NCBI GenBank assembly: GCA_003161635.1
Contig: PMOA01000050.1
Coordinates: 3,091 to 67,090 of the forward strand
Length of the DNA: 64,000 nucleotides
Direction: 5' to 3'
Origin: Limisphaerales bacterium
GTDB lineage: Bacteria > Verrucomicrobiota > Verrucomicrobiia > Limisphaerales > UBA11358
Shown: piece after piece, positions 38,001 through 43,929 of the stretch
Layout of the letters: each line of letters begins with the position of its first letter
Position numbering within the stretch: position 1 is the stretch's first letter
Notes under the pieces: generated by a model
Databases searched by the model: none
The model's input: the letters and a program-made list of their open reading frames with translations, nothing else
Told to the model about the DNA's origin: nothing
Program-made: the position numbers and the translations under genes

Positions 38001-38071
38001 CTGGCAACCAAGCTGAAAACCAAGAGGCCCGGCACGATGAACGACTTGAGAACTTTTGACGATCTTTTCAT
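35045..38071 (-). CDS. large secreted protein: Pro-rich leader, 3 x LamG/concanavalin-like lectin domains, Ig-like domain, C-terminal domain
   Basis: Signal peptide. Each of the three repeated units carries GLVGWW.G.GN..D, ...SIEGW.RPRG, ...FPF.G.IDE.S.YNRAL. An Ig-like segment (VEGSSIVLSVVAGGTGPFSYQWSFNG...SGNYAVTITT) follows. Confidence 0.9.
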   Translation of the reverse strand: MKRSSKVLKSFIVPGLLVFSLVASVSAQGLDIRRYQRVPPTPIMPPTRPMLPTPIMPPTPIQDPSCVTPPSGLVGWWKGDGNTLDSVLGNNGVAQNITYTNGVVGQAFACDPNNFPYGTYTGIQIPDQPAYVLTNSLSIEGWVRPRGDGYCIFWRGDNRPGMDPYFIGMWGNNNIKFQICDQDGNTVTVGTYLTYNQWTHVAATLDGSTGTMSIYTNGVLADQTVTAVRPFGDLIPEDSPGVGIGNLNDGQNNFPFTGDIDEISLYNRALTTAEIQSIYNASSAGKCPPSCTPAPSGLVGWWPGEGNANDIVGMNNGLLENVTFTSGVVGQAFACDPNNFPYGTYTGIQIPDQQAYVLTNSLSIEGWIRPRGDGYCIFWRGDNRPGLDPYVLSMQGNNNLRFYIEDESGNSAFVGTNINYNQWYHVAATWDGESGIMKLYINGQLASQTVTAVRPFGDLIPEDSPGVGIGNLNDGQNNFPFTGDIDEISLYNRALTAAEVQAIYNAGSAGKCAVACVSPPSGLVSWWPGEGNANDIMGNNNGFLQGGINFTAGEVGHAFNFDGVDDGISVPASSSLNVGAGQGMTLECWIAPTSVANQEPLMEWSGNGGSIHNGAHFWISGVFGGVGGPGCIYANIVDSVGGLHIFASPTGIVQAGILQHVALTYDKASGVGKIYYNGSLVSSGNLGSFTPKTDTSFLLGRRMDFGDLYYQGVIDESAIFNRALSSNEIAAIYNAGSAGKCAGPLPPGIAVQPVNQTTVEGSSIVLSVVAGGTGPFSYQWSFNGTNIFGATNATLTLTNLHPNQSGNYAVTITTPYGSITSSNASVTVIAQNILVYKYAGIQKIITSGLALSYAYAGQMFFIPDNTNGVFVGWATIKGKKQYWVNPLPEYLWITISGVSNQSFTVLGQAGQGIDTNGYPNIWADLHKGQNTVLTIGKKKYFSFPNTFASDATHVYPDSQTGNLVLSESSSIYTFVPQSTQTANNTGQTLADLVNSLTKSLASQGYQTQ

Positions 38072-38257
38072 AACTTGTTCCTATTGCTTAAATTGGCTTG
38101 AAGCTCCACTTCATCATTTTCCCAAGTTATGTCAACCAAATTGATTATTAGCTGCTCAATCAACCGGCACCCCTCCAACACGAAGAACCAAGGGATTCAA
38201 CCGCCCGCTCGGTACGCTACGCTCATCAGGCCACAGGCTCGACGCTAAATCGAAACC

Positions 38258-39010
38258 TCAGTCCCAGACTCCCAGTTGGACGAGTTCCTTGGCCGCCGTT
38301 TTCGTCCAGTCGTGGCGGTTGGCTTTGGGGCTGGCCGGACTGGGATGCAGGATTTGCCCGACGCGAATCTTCGTGTTTTCACAAACCAATCGTCCGCGTT
38401 CCGCCGCGAAGCCGCCAATCCCAACCAACCATTCCGGCTGGAGAATTTCCAGGACGCGGCGCAAATGCTCGTCACAGATTTCAAACAGACGGTCGCGTTC
38501 GGCCCGGGGCAGTTTGTCGGGAGTTTGATTGCGACCGCTCGCTTCGCAGAATGCCAGCGGACAATAATTCGCCACGAAATGACCGGTAAAGAATCTTTCC
38601 GGCGAGTCAAAGCGTTCGGCGAAAAGTTTCCACAATCGCCGGCCGCTGACTTCGGAGCGCGGGCAATTAAAACCCAGGATGGGCCGTTTGGGATGTTCCG
38701 AACGGGGCCTTTCGATTCTGGCGCGAATGCCCAGCCAATCGCGCACGGCGGCAACTTCACCGAAGGGCACACCGGTTTGCACCATGCCGAACGGCCCGGG
38801 GTTCATTCCGAGAAACACCACCCGCTTCCGGCCGTTGCTGAACCGGCGCAAGTATTCCTCGTGCGCCTTCCACGCATAAGTCAGCGGATTATAGACGTGC
38901 GCGACGGGCGGCTGGAATTTCAAGCGACCGACTTGGGCCGAAAGCCTGCGAGCGGCGGCAATGAGACGTTTGCTGGTGGCAGAAAGTCGAGGTAACTCAG
39001 CTTTTCTCAT
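38258..39010 (-). CDS. SMUG1-family (family 3) uracil/5-hydroxymethyluracil DNA glycosylase
   Basis: FLGMNPGPFGMVQTGVPFGEVAAVRDWLGI and ILHPSPASPKANRHDW match the two SMUG1 signature motifs closely. Confidence 0.9.
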   Translation of the reverse strand: MRKAELPRLSATSKRLIAAARRLSAQVGRLKFQPPVAHVYNPLTYAWKAHEEYLRRFSNGRKRVVFLGMNPGPFGMVQTGVPFGEVAAVRDWLGIRARIERPRSEHPKRPILGFNCPRSEVSGRRLWKLFAERFDSPERFFTGHFVANYCPLAFCEASGRNQTPDKLPRAERDRLFEICDEHLRRVLEILQPEWLVGIGGFAAERGRLVCENTKIRVGQILHPSPASPKANRHDWTKTAAKELVQLGVWD

Positions 39011-39435
39011 GATGAGATTTCCGGCAAAATTTCGAGTGTCAGAGAATAATCTTTGTAACCAACCGCCCGCCAGAACGCGACCGCCGCTTCATTTTGAACC
39101 AAAACTTCAACCGTCAGCCGCTTATTTTTCGGCCAGATTTTTGAGCGCAGAATTTCCACGGCCTGACGGCCAATCCCCTGCCGGCGCCGGTTCCGGACGA
39201 CGGAAAGCTGCCGCAAATAAATCTCCTCCGGCTGCTCGCGATACAAAGCGTAAGCAACCACTTCACCGTCATTTTCAAAAAGCACCGCCGCGTATTCGGA
39301 CGCCAGCCAGCCTTTCATCCGCTGCTCCAGCTCAGGAACCGTCATGCGATTCCTGTGCCCTTCGTCACGAATCAACTGATGGTTGAGTTCCGCCAGCAGG
39401 GCACAATCGTTCAATGTTGCGCGCCGGAAGTTCAA
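39007..39435 (-). CDS. GNAT family N-acetyltransferase (copy 1)
   Basis: The RNRRRQGIGRQAVE acetyl-CoA (Q/R-x-x-G-x-G/A) motif. The TTG start overlaps the ORF6N stop (TTGA), and its own stop overlaps the SMUG1 start (ATGA). Confidence 0.85.
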   Translation of the reverse strand: MNFRRATLNDCALLAELNHQLIRDEGHRNRMTVPELEQRMKGWLASEYAAVLFENDGEVVAYALYREQPEEIYLRQLSVVRNRRRQGIGRQAVEILRSKIWPKNKRLTVEVLVQNEAAVAFWRAVGYKDYSLTLEILPEISS

Positions 39436-40064
39436 GTTTTCTTCCTTCCTTTGGCTCCCGCTTCATCCTCCGGCCGGACGTGAAAGCCAATCTGCCGTTT
39501 CGGCGGTTCGGGCGGCAGCGGCGGCGGGTCGAGAATTTCCATGACGCGCCGGAGCACGTCCACAATCACGCTCTCATGCACATCCAGACGGGCAGTTAAT
39601 TTCTTTTCCAAGTCGGCCAATTGGCGCGCGAGTTCCTTCGTGCCGCCGAGCAGGTCGCGCATCTTCACGAACGCGCGCACCACGAACACGCTCATGCGCA
39701 CGGCCTCCGGGCTGTTGAGAACATTGGCCGCCATGATCGCGCCGTTTTCGGTGAAGGCGTAAGGAAGAAAGCGGACATTGCGTTTATATGCGGTCGCAAT
39801 TTGCGACCGCATGGCTGACGCGGTTTTGGATGCGGTCGCAATTTGCGACCGCATCGGCATCAACGTTTCAGCCTCTTCAATTGTAAGCTGGAACAAGAAA
39901 TCAGCTGGGAATCGCTTTGCGTTACGCTTGATCTGCTCATTCAGCCGCCTTGTTGGCACGCCATAAATACGCGCCAAGTCAAAGTCGAGAATGACCTTCT
40001 GCCTGCGAATTGTGCGGATTACCGAACTGATGTCATCTATACGCGATAAACTTTGTTGGCTCAT
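39432..40064 (-). CDS. ORF6N (KilA-N-related) DNA-binding domain protein
   Basis: From ATG 40064: IRTIRRQKVILDFDLARIYGVPTRRLNEQIKRNAKRFPADFLFQLT ... RSQIATA (twice) ... LPYAFTENGAIMAANVLNSPEAV. Confidence 0.8.
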   Translation of the reverse strand: MSQQSLSRIDDISSVIRTIRRQKVILDFDLARIYGVPTRRLNEQIKRNAKRFPADFLFQLTIEEAETLMPMRSQIATASKTASAMRSQIATAYKRNVRFLPYAFTENGAIMAANVLNSPEAVRMSVFVVRAFVKMRDLLGGTKELARQLADLEKKLTARLDVHESVIVDVLRRVMEILDPPPLPPEPPKRQIGFHVRPEDEAGAKGRKKT

Positions 40065-40329
40065 GTTCGTTGCATCTTTGAACCGGTCACAATTTGTGAC
40101 CGCATACCTCTTTCCTCTTGATATCGCAATTTGCGATATCAAAGCGATTACTCGTTGCTCAAATGAACCGATCGCAAATTGCGATAGGTTCAAAGCTCAA
40201 CTCGAAGTACCAATTTGGCACTTCAAGTTTTCAAATTCTCTGCGCCTAAGCCTGTCGTTGGTGATTCGGTGATCCGGTCACAATTTGTGACCGGCTGGCT
40301 GCCCGAATCAAGGTCGCATTTTGCGACCT
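39790..40329. promoter_or_regulatory. array of 7 related palindromes (core TC[GA]CAA-A/T-TTG[CT]GA)
   Basis: Positions are 39790-39810, 39832-39852 (both inside the ORF6N CDS), 40084-40102, 40121-40139, 40171-40185, 40274-40294 and 40311-40329 (upstream of it). Confidence 0.8.
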
Positions 40330-40386
40330 TAAATAGCGGAGAAGATCTCGTCCCCGATGGGGCGAAAGGGATTAAAGGAAGCGGTT

Positions 40387-40448
40387 GGCGACAAAGATCC
40401 CGCTCCTCACCGGACGGGGCGGCGGGCTACGGCGGGGGATTTGAACAC
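40387..40448. repeat. R2 dispersed repeat, copy b
   Basis: GGCGACAAAGATCCCGC, then a G-rich tract, then GGGGGATTTGAACAC. Confidence 0.75.
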
Positions 40449-40607
40449 AGTCGTGCGCCTCGTCAAAGTTGTTCGGTACAAATGGCGGCGGTGAACCGCA
40501 CGCAGTCCAAACGCTTCGCGAGGTTCAGAGACGCCTGGCTGTCGCGTCAGTCCCGCTTTGCGGGAGAGTGCGGTTGCTTTAGCACCGCTTTCTTGCACGT
40601 CTGGCGA
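40448..40607. repeat. R3 dispersed repeat, copy i (~160 bp)
   Basis: CAGTCGTGCGCCTCGTCAAAGTTGT...CGCAGTCCAAACGCTTCGCGAG...TCCCGCTTTGCGGGA...CACGTCTGGCG. Collinear with 42583-42742. Confidence 0.8.
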
Positions 40608-40631
40608 GGCTGGGGTTTTAAGAAACCGGAT

Positions 40632-40706
40632 GGCGACAAAGATTCCGCTATACACGGTGCGGGGTGGCGGGTGGTGGCGGCGGGCGATGGCGGGGGATTT
40701 GAAAAC
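40632..40706. repeat. R2 dispersed repeat, copy c
   Basis: GGCGACAAAGATTCCGC, then a long G-rich tract, then GGGGGATTTGAAAAC. It lies 67 nt downstream of the stop of 40773..41903. Confidence 0.75.
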
Positions 40707-40772
40707 AGACATGCACGGTTGGCGCTGGTAGGGTCAGGCCGTGGGCTGTTTGGACCGTGTGCTCCGGTCTGG

Positions 40773-41903
40773 TTATTCGGAATTGAAACCCGAAACCCGG
40801 CTTCTCAACGGCATTCTGATGGTCCGCGCCGGGAGCGGTTCGACCCGGCCACCGGCGTTCGCCGCATATTCGGCGTAGATGGCATTGACTTCATCCGCCG
40901 ACAAGGCCCGGTCATACAAAGCCATCTCATCAATTTCACCAATGAACGGGAAATTGTTTCCCCCGTCATTGACGTTGCCGATACCGACGCCGGGAGATTC
41001 ATCGGCCAGCAAGGCACCAAACGGACGCACGGTTGTGACGGTCTGCGCTGCCAGCACGCCGTTGGTGTAAAGGCTCATCGTCCCCGTGCTGTCATCCAAA
41101 ACACCCGCCATATGAATCCACGCACCCAGCCCCACGGGCGTGCGCACCGCAGCCGTGTTGGCGTCCGCACCACAGATGGTAAATACAAGATTGAGGTGAC
41201 CATCCAAGGACAAACAATACGGGTCAAGGCCCGGACGATGGTCGCCGCGGAAAAAAATCACATAACCATTCCCGCGCGGACGGATCCAGCCTTCGATGCT
41301 CAAGGATTGGGTCAGGGCATAGACGGGCTTGTCGGGAATCTGCACGCCGACGTAAGTGCCGTAAGGGAAACTGTCCGGAGCAAAGGTAAACGCCTGCCCG
41401 ACCACCCCGTCCGTGAAGCTCACATTTTGCATGACCCCGTTGTTGCCGCCCACGGAATCCACCGCATTCCCTTCGCCTGACCACAAACCAATCAACCCGT
41501 CTCTAGGTCTGCCGGTCTTTCCGAGAACCGACACCCGCACGCTTTTAATCAAGGAAACCGGCAGCTTGACATCGCCATACGACGTCTCTATCCGGATCTC
41601 CTTCATGGCAAACTGAACCGCCAACGTGTCGCCACTGGACGTGGTCAGTTTTGCGGAATTGGTTTTAGCCTGACATTCGACCGAACGGACCCGGTCCAGC
41701 GGCAGTTTCATGTCGCCCAAAACATCGGAGCGGAATTTAAAAGCATCGTCACCACCTTTGCCGATGATGCGCGATCCGTCCCACAACTCAACGGTCAAAC
41801 GGAAGCCGGTCGGTTTATTGGTGGCCGCTGGTGCTGCTTGAAGCTTATGAAAACCCAACACCAAAACCGTCAGCAGACAGAAAAAACGCAGGATGGCATT
41901 CAT
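40773..41903 (-). CDS. secreted protein with one LamG/concanavalin-like lectin domain
   Basis: From ATG 41903 there is a signal peptide (MNAILRFFCLLTVLVLGFHKLQA). The C-terminal domain is a paralogue of the repeats in 35045..38071 (GLIGLWSGEGNAVD...SIEGWIRPRGNGY...FPFIGEIDEMALYDRAL). Confidence 0.85.
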   Translation of the reverse strand: MNAILRFFCLLTVLVLGFHKLQAAPAATNKPTGFRLTVELWDGSRIIGKGGDDAFKFRSDVLGDMKLPLDRVRSVECQAKTNSAKLTTSSGDTLAVQFAMKEIRIETSYGDVKLPVSLIKSVRVSVLGKTGRPRDGLIGLWSGEGNAVDSVGGNNGVMQNVSFTDGVVGQAFTFAPDSFPYGTYVGVQIPDKPVYALTQSLSIEGWIRPRGNGYVIFFRGDHRPGLDPYCLSLDGHLNLVFTICGADANTAAVRTPVGLGAWIHMAGVLDDSTGTMSLYTNGVLAAQTVTTVRPFGALLADESPGVGIGNVNDGGNNFPFIGEIDEMALYDRALSADEVNAIYAEYAANAGGRVEPLPARTIRMPLRSRVSGFNSE

Positions 41904-41959
41904 GATTAGGAGTCTGCATCCAATCGCACCTTCCGTCAAGGATAAGCATTTCAAACCCG

Positions 41960-42077
41960 CCGGGTCCAACGCAAGGATGGAGCCTCCCGAACACCCCCGC
42001 CCGCACGGCCGGAATCGGGTCGGTTTCCCTCGTGGCGATGTGCAGGTTGTAGAGGCTCACGGGCGATTTGTGTCCGG
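41960..42077 (-). pseudogene. decayed fragment of the argG 3' region (remnant a)
   Basis: In the argG-like frame it reads [20 protein letters not shown], against arg[24 protein letters not shown] similarity to 44945-45063 is visible by eye. The boundary is at CCGG 42074-42077. Confidence 0.6.
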
Positions 42078-42488
42078 TAAAATTTCCAATGTCAAACAAT
42101 AATCTTTGTAGCCGACGGCCCGCCAGAACGCGACCGCCGCTTCATTTTGAACCAGAACTTCAACTGTCAGCCGCTTGTTTTTCGGCCAGATTTTTGAGCG
42201 CAGAATTTCCACGGCCTGCCGGCCAATCCCCTGCCGGCGCCGGTTCCGGGCGACGAAAAGTTGGCGCAAATAAATTTCCTCCGGCTGCTCGCGATACAAG
42301 GCGTAAGCCACCACTGCACCGTCATTTTCAAACAGCATCGCGGCGTATTCGGACGCCAGCCAGCCTTTCATCCGCTGCTCCAATTCGGGAACCGTCATGC
42401 GATTTCTGTGTCCCTCGTCGCGGATCAACTGATGATTGAGTTCAGCCAGCAGAGCGCCATCGTCCAACGTTGCTCGTCGAAAGGTCAT
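42057..42488 (-). CDS. GNAT family N-acetyltransferase (copy 2, chimeric 3' end)
   Basis: 9 substitutions against copy 1 over the first 137 aa. The last 6 codons and the stop are read out of frame from the argG-derived fragment. Confidence 0.8.
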   Translation of the reverse strand: MTFRRATLDDGALLAELNHQLIRDEGHRNRMTVPELEQRMKGWLASEYAAMLFENDGAVVAYALYREQPEEIYLRQLFVARNRRRQGIGRQAVEILRSKIWPKNKRLTVEVLVQNEAAVAFWRAVGYKDYCLTLEILPDTNRP

Positions 42489-42582
42489 ACGAAACCCTGA
42501 CAGAAACTGTGCGTTTTGGCGAGGTCACGCTTTGCCGCACCGGGACGGGAATGATTAAAGGAAGCGGGTGGGGCTTTGCGCG

Positions 42583-42742
42583 CAGTCGCGCGTCTCGTCA
42601 AAGTTGTCCGGCGGGAACAGCGGCGGTAAACGCGCCGCAGTCCAAACGCTTCGCGAGCTTCGGAGACGCCTAGCTGTCGCGCCAGTCCCGCTTTGCGGGA
42701 GAGTGCGGATGCTTCAGCACCGCTTTCTGACACGTCTGGCGG
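42583..42742. repeat. R3 dispersed repeat, copy ii
   Basis: Collinear with 40448-40607 and shares CGCAGTCCAAACGCTTCGCGAG and TCCCGCTTTGCGGGAGAGTGCGG. Confidence 0.8.
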
Positions 42743-42768
42743 AGCGAAAGGGGTTAAAGGAAGCAGGT

Positions 42769-42833
42769 GGCGACAAAGATTCCGCTCCTCATGGGGCGGG
42801 GCGGCAGGCGGTGGCGTGGGATTTTACATTCAC
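42769..42833. repeat. R2 dispersed repeat, copy d
   Basis: GGCGACAAAGATTCCGC, then GGGGCGGGGCGGCAGGCGGTGGCGTGGG, then ATTTTACATTCAC. It abuts or overlaps the stop of 42830..43672. Confidence 0.75.
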
Positions 42834-43672
42834 ATGTCTTCTGGCCTCAATCTTCTTGGTATGAAGACCCCGGCTGGGGGTGGTGGCTGTCCAATAGTTG
42901 AAGATGATTTGAAGACTTTCTCAAAGTGACCGAGTGAAAGGGCAAAGAATTGGTCAATGCTTTTTGCAGAATTGGTGGCGAAATCCTGCAAGTAGGAATC
43001 TGACAGAATATTCACAATTGTATGCGGCTTGCCAGCAATTGGGTTTCGCCAAAGCAAAGTTCCGCGAGAGGTTTCAGTAACAGAAATCGACGCATCATCC
43101 TGAAGAACACACGAAAACAATTTACCTTCGACAACAACAACAGGAAAGAAGAAGGCGTATTCCAGCTCACCCGCCTCCTGTGCCTCAGCAGTTACGGCTG
43201 CGCCGACACTGGTCAAGGCCATATAAACGACATCGTTCCCAGTTGTGAACGCTTGCGTTGCTCCGTAGGCAGCCGGCTCAGTCACTCTAAATAAGTCAAG
43301 ATCTTGGATGTTCTTTCGTTGTGCAAACCCCTCCAGAAAAACAGCAGCCCTTCTGGTAGCGGTTCTTTGGGCGACTCGCGCTGGGGGCGCAAGTCGCAGA
43401 TCAGAGGAACAGAACATGAGCCAAGGTTTGCTACGCGACAACTTGCACTCGATCATAAACTGAACACGAACGAGCCTCCCCTCGATTTCACGATCAATGT
43501 GCGCAACGACATCTATCTCGCGTTGGGCATTTGTCGTTGGGTCGCGATAATAGTCGGATTGCCTGACCCGGAATCCAGCCCTGCGAAATGCACAGGCCAC
43601 CCGCATTTCAAGCGGATAGCCTTGTTCGTCTAACCAAGCGCGAACTTTGTTTTCTAGTTCAGACATGGCCAA
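42830..43672 (-). CDS. PD-(D/E)xK (Mrr-like restriction-endonuclease fold) N-terminal domain protein with unknown C-terminal domain
   Basis: LENKVRAWLDEQGYPLE...REIDVVAHIDREIEGRLVRVQFMIECKLS fits the D...(D/E)-x-K core of the Mrr_cat-type nuclease fold. Codon usage is AT-richer than the flanks. Confidence 0.7.
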   Translation of the reverse strand: MAMSELENKVRAWLDEQGYPLEMRVACAFRRAGFRVRQSDYYRDPTTNAQREIDVVAHIDREIEGRLVRVQFMIECKLSRSKPWLMFCSSDLRLAPPARVAQRTATRRAAVFLEGFAQRKNIQDLDLFRVTEPAAYGATQAFTTGNDVVYMALTSVGAAVTAEAQEAGELEYAFFFPVVVVEGKLFSCVLQDDASISVTETSRGTLLWRNPIAGKPHTIVNILSDSYLQDFATNSAKSIDQFFALSLGHFEKVFKSSSTIGQPPPPAGVFIPRRLRPEDM

Positions 43673-43693
43673 ACAGATTTTTGACAGTGCATC

Positions 43694-43826
43694 TTATTTC
43701 TTCTTCCCGTGCACCAGCGCCGCGATCCCGCTTGCGGGACGTAGCGCGTTGAGCCGGATGAAGCCGGTGGCGCGCCCTGGTTGTGGTCCGCACGGGCGGG
43801 ATCGGTTCGGTTTCCATCATGGCAAT
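43694..43826 (-). pseudogene. decayed duplicate of the argG 3' end including its stop (remnant b)
   Basis: TTATTTCTTCTTC...GCGTTGAGCCGGATGAAGCC...CCTGGTTGT...GGTTTCCATCATGGCAAT is collinear with 44886-45001 (TTATTTCTTCTTC...GCGTTTAACCGGATGAAGCC...CCTGGTTGT...GGCTTCCATCGTGGCAAT). Confidence 0.8.
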
Positions 43827-43870
43827 CAGCAAACTCCCGTTCTCCCTTTCTGGCAAGGCCAATCGCAAAT

Positions 43871-43925
43871 GGCGACAAAGATTCCGCTTCTAATTGGGGC
43901 AGAGTGGTGGGGTGAAGAGTTGGTT
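43871..43925. repeat. R2 dispersed repeat, copy e (more diverged)
   Basis: GGCGACAAAGATTCCGC followed by a G-rich tract, 5 nt downstream of the stop of 43930..44877. Confidence 0.6.
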
Positions 43926-43929
43926 TGAG

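Noticed and set aside
40387-40448. R2 repeats as tRNA genes or tRNA fragments (TTCAAATCCCCC resembles a T-loop / 3' stem)
   Set aside because: No cloverleaf can be drawn: there is no 5' T-stem partner, no anticodon arm and no CCA-compatible acceptor. I keep it only as a hypothesis on the origin of an att-like core.
40215-41480. 421-aa plus-strand ORF spanning the repeats and the LamG paralogue
   Set aside because: It runs through R2/R3 repeats and is antisense to a LamG domain with clear paralogy to 35045..38071.
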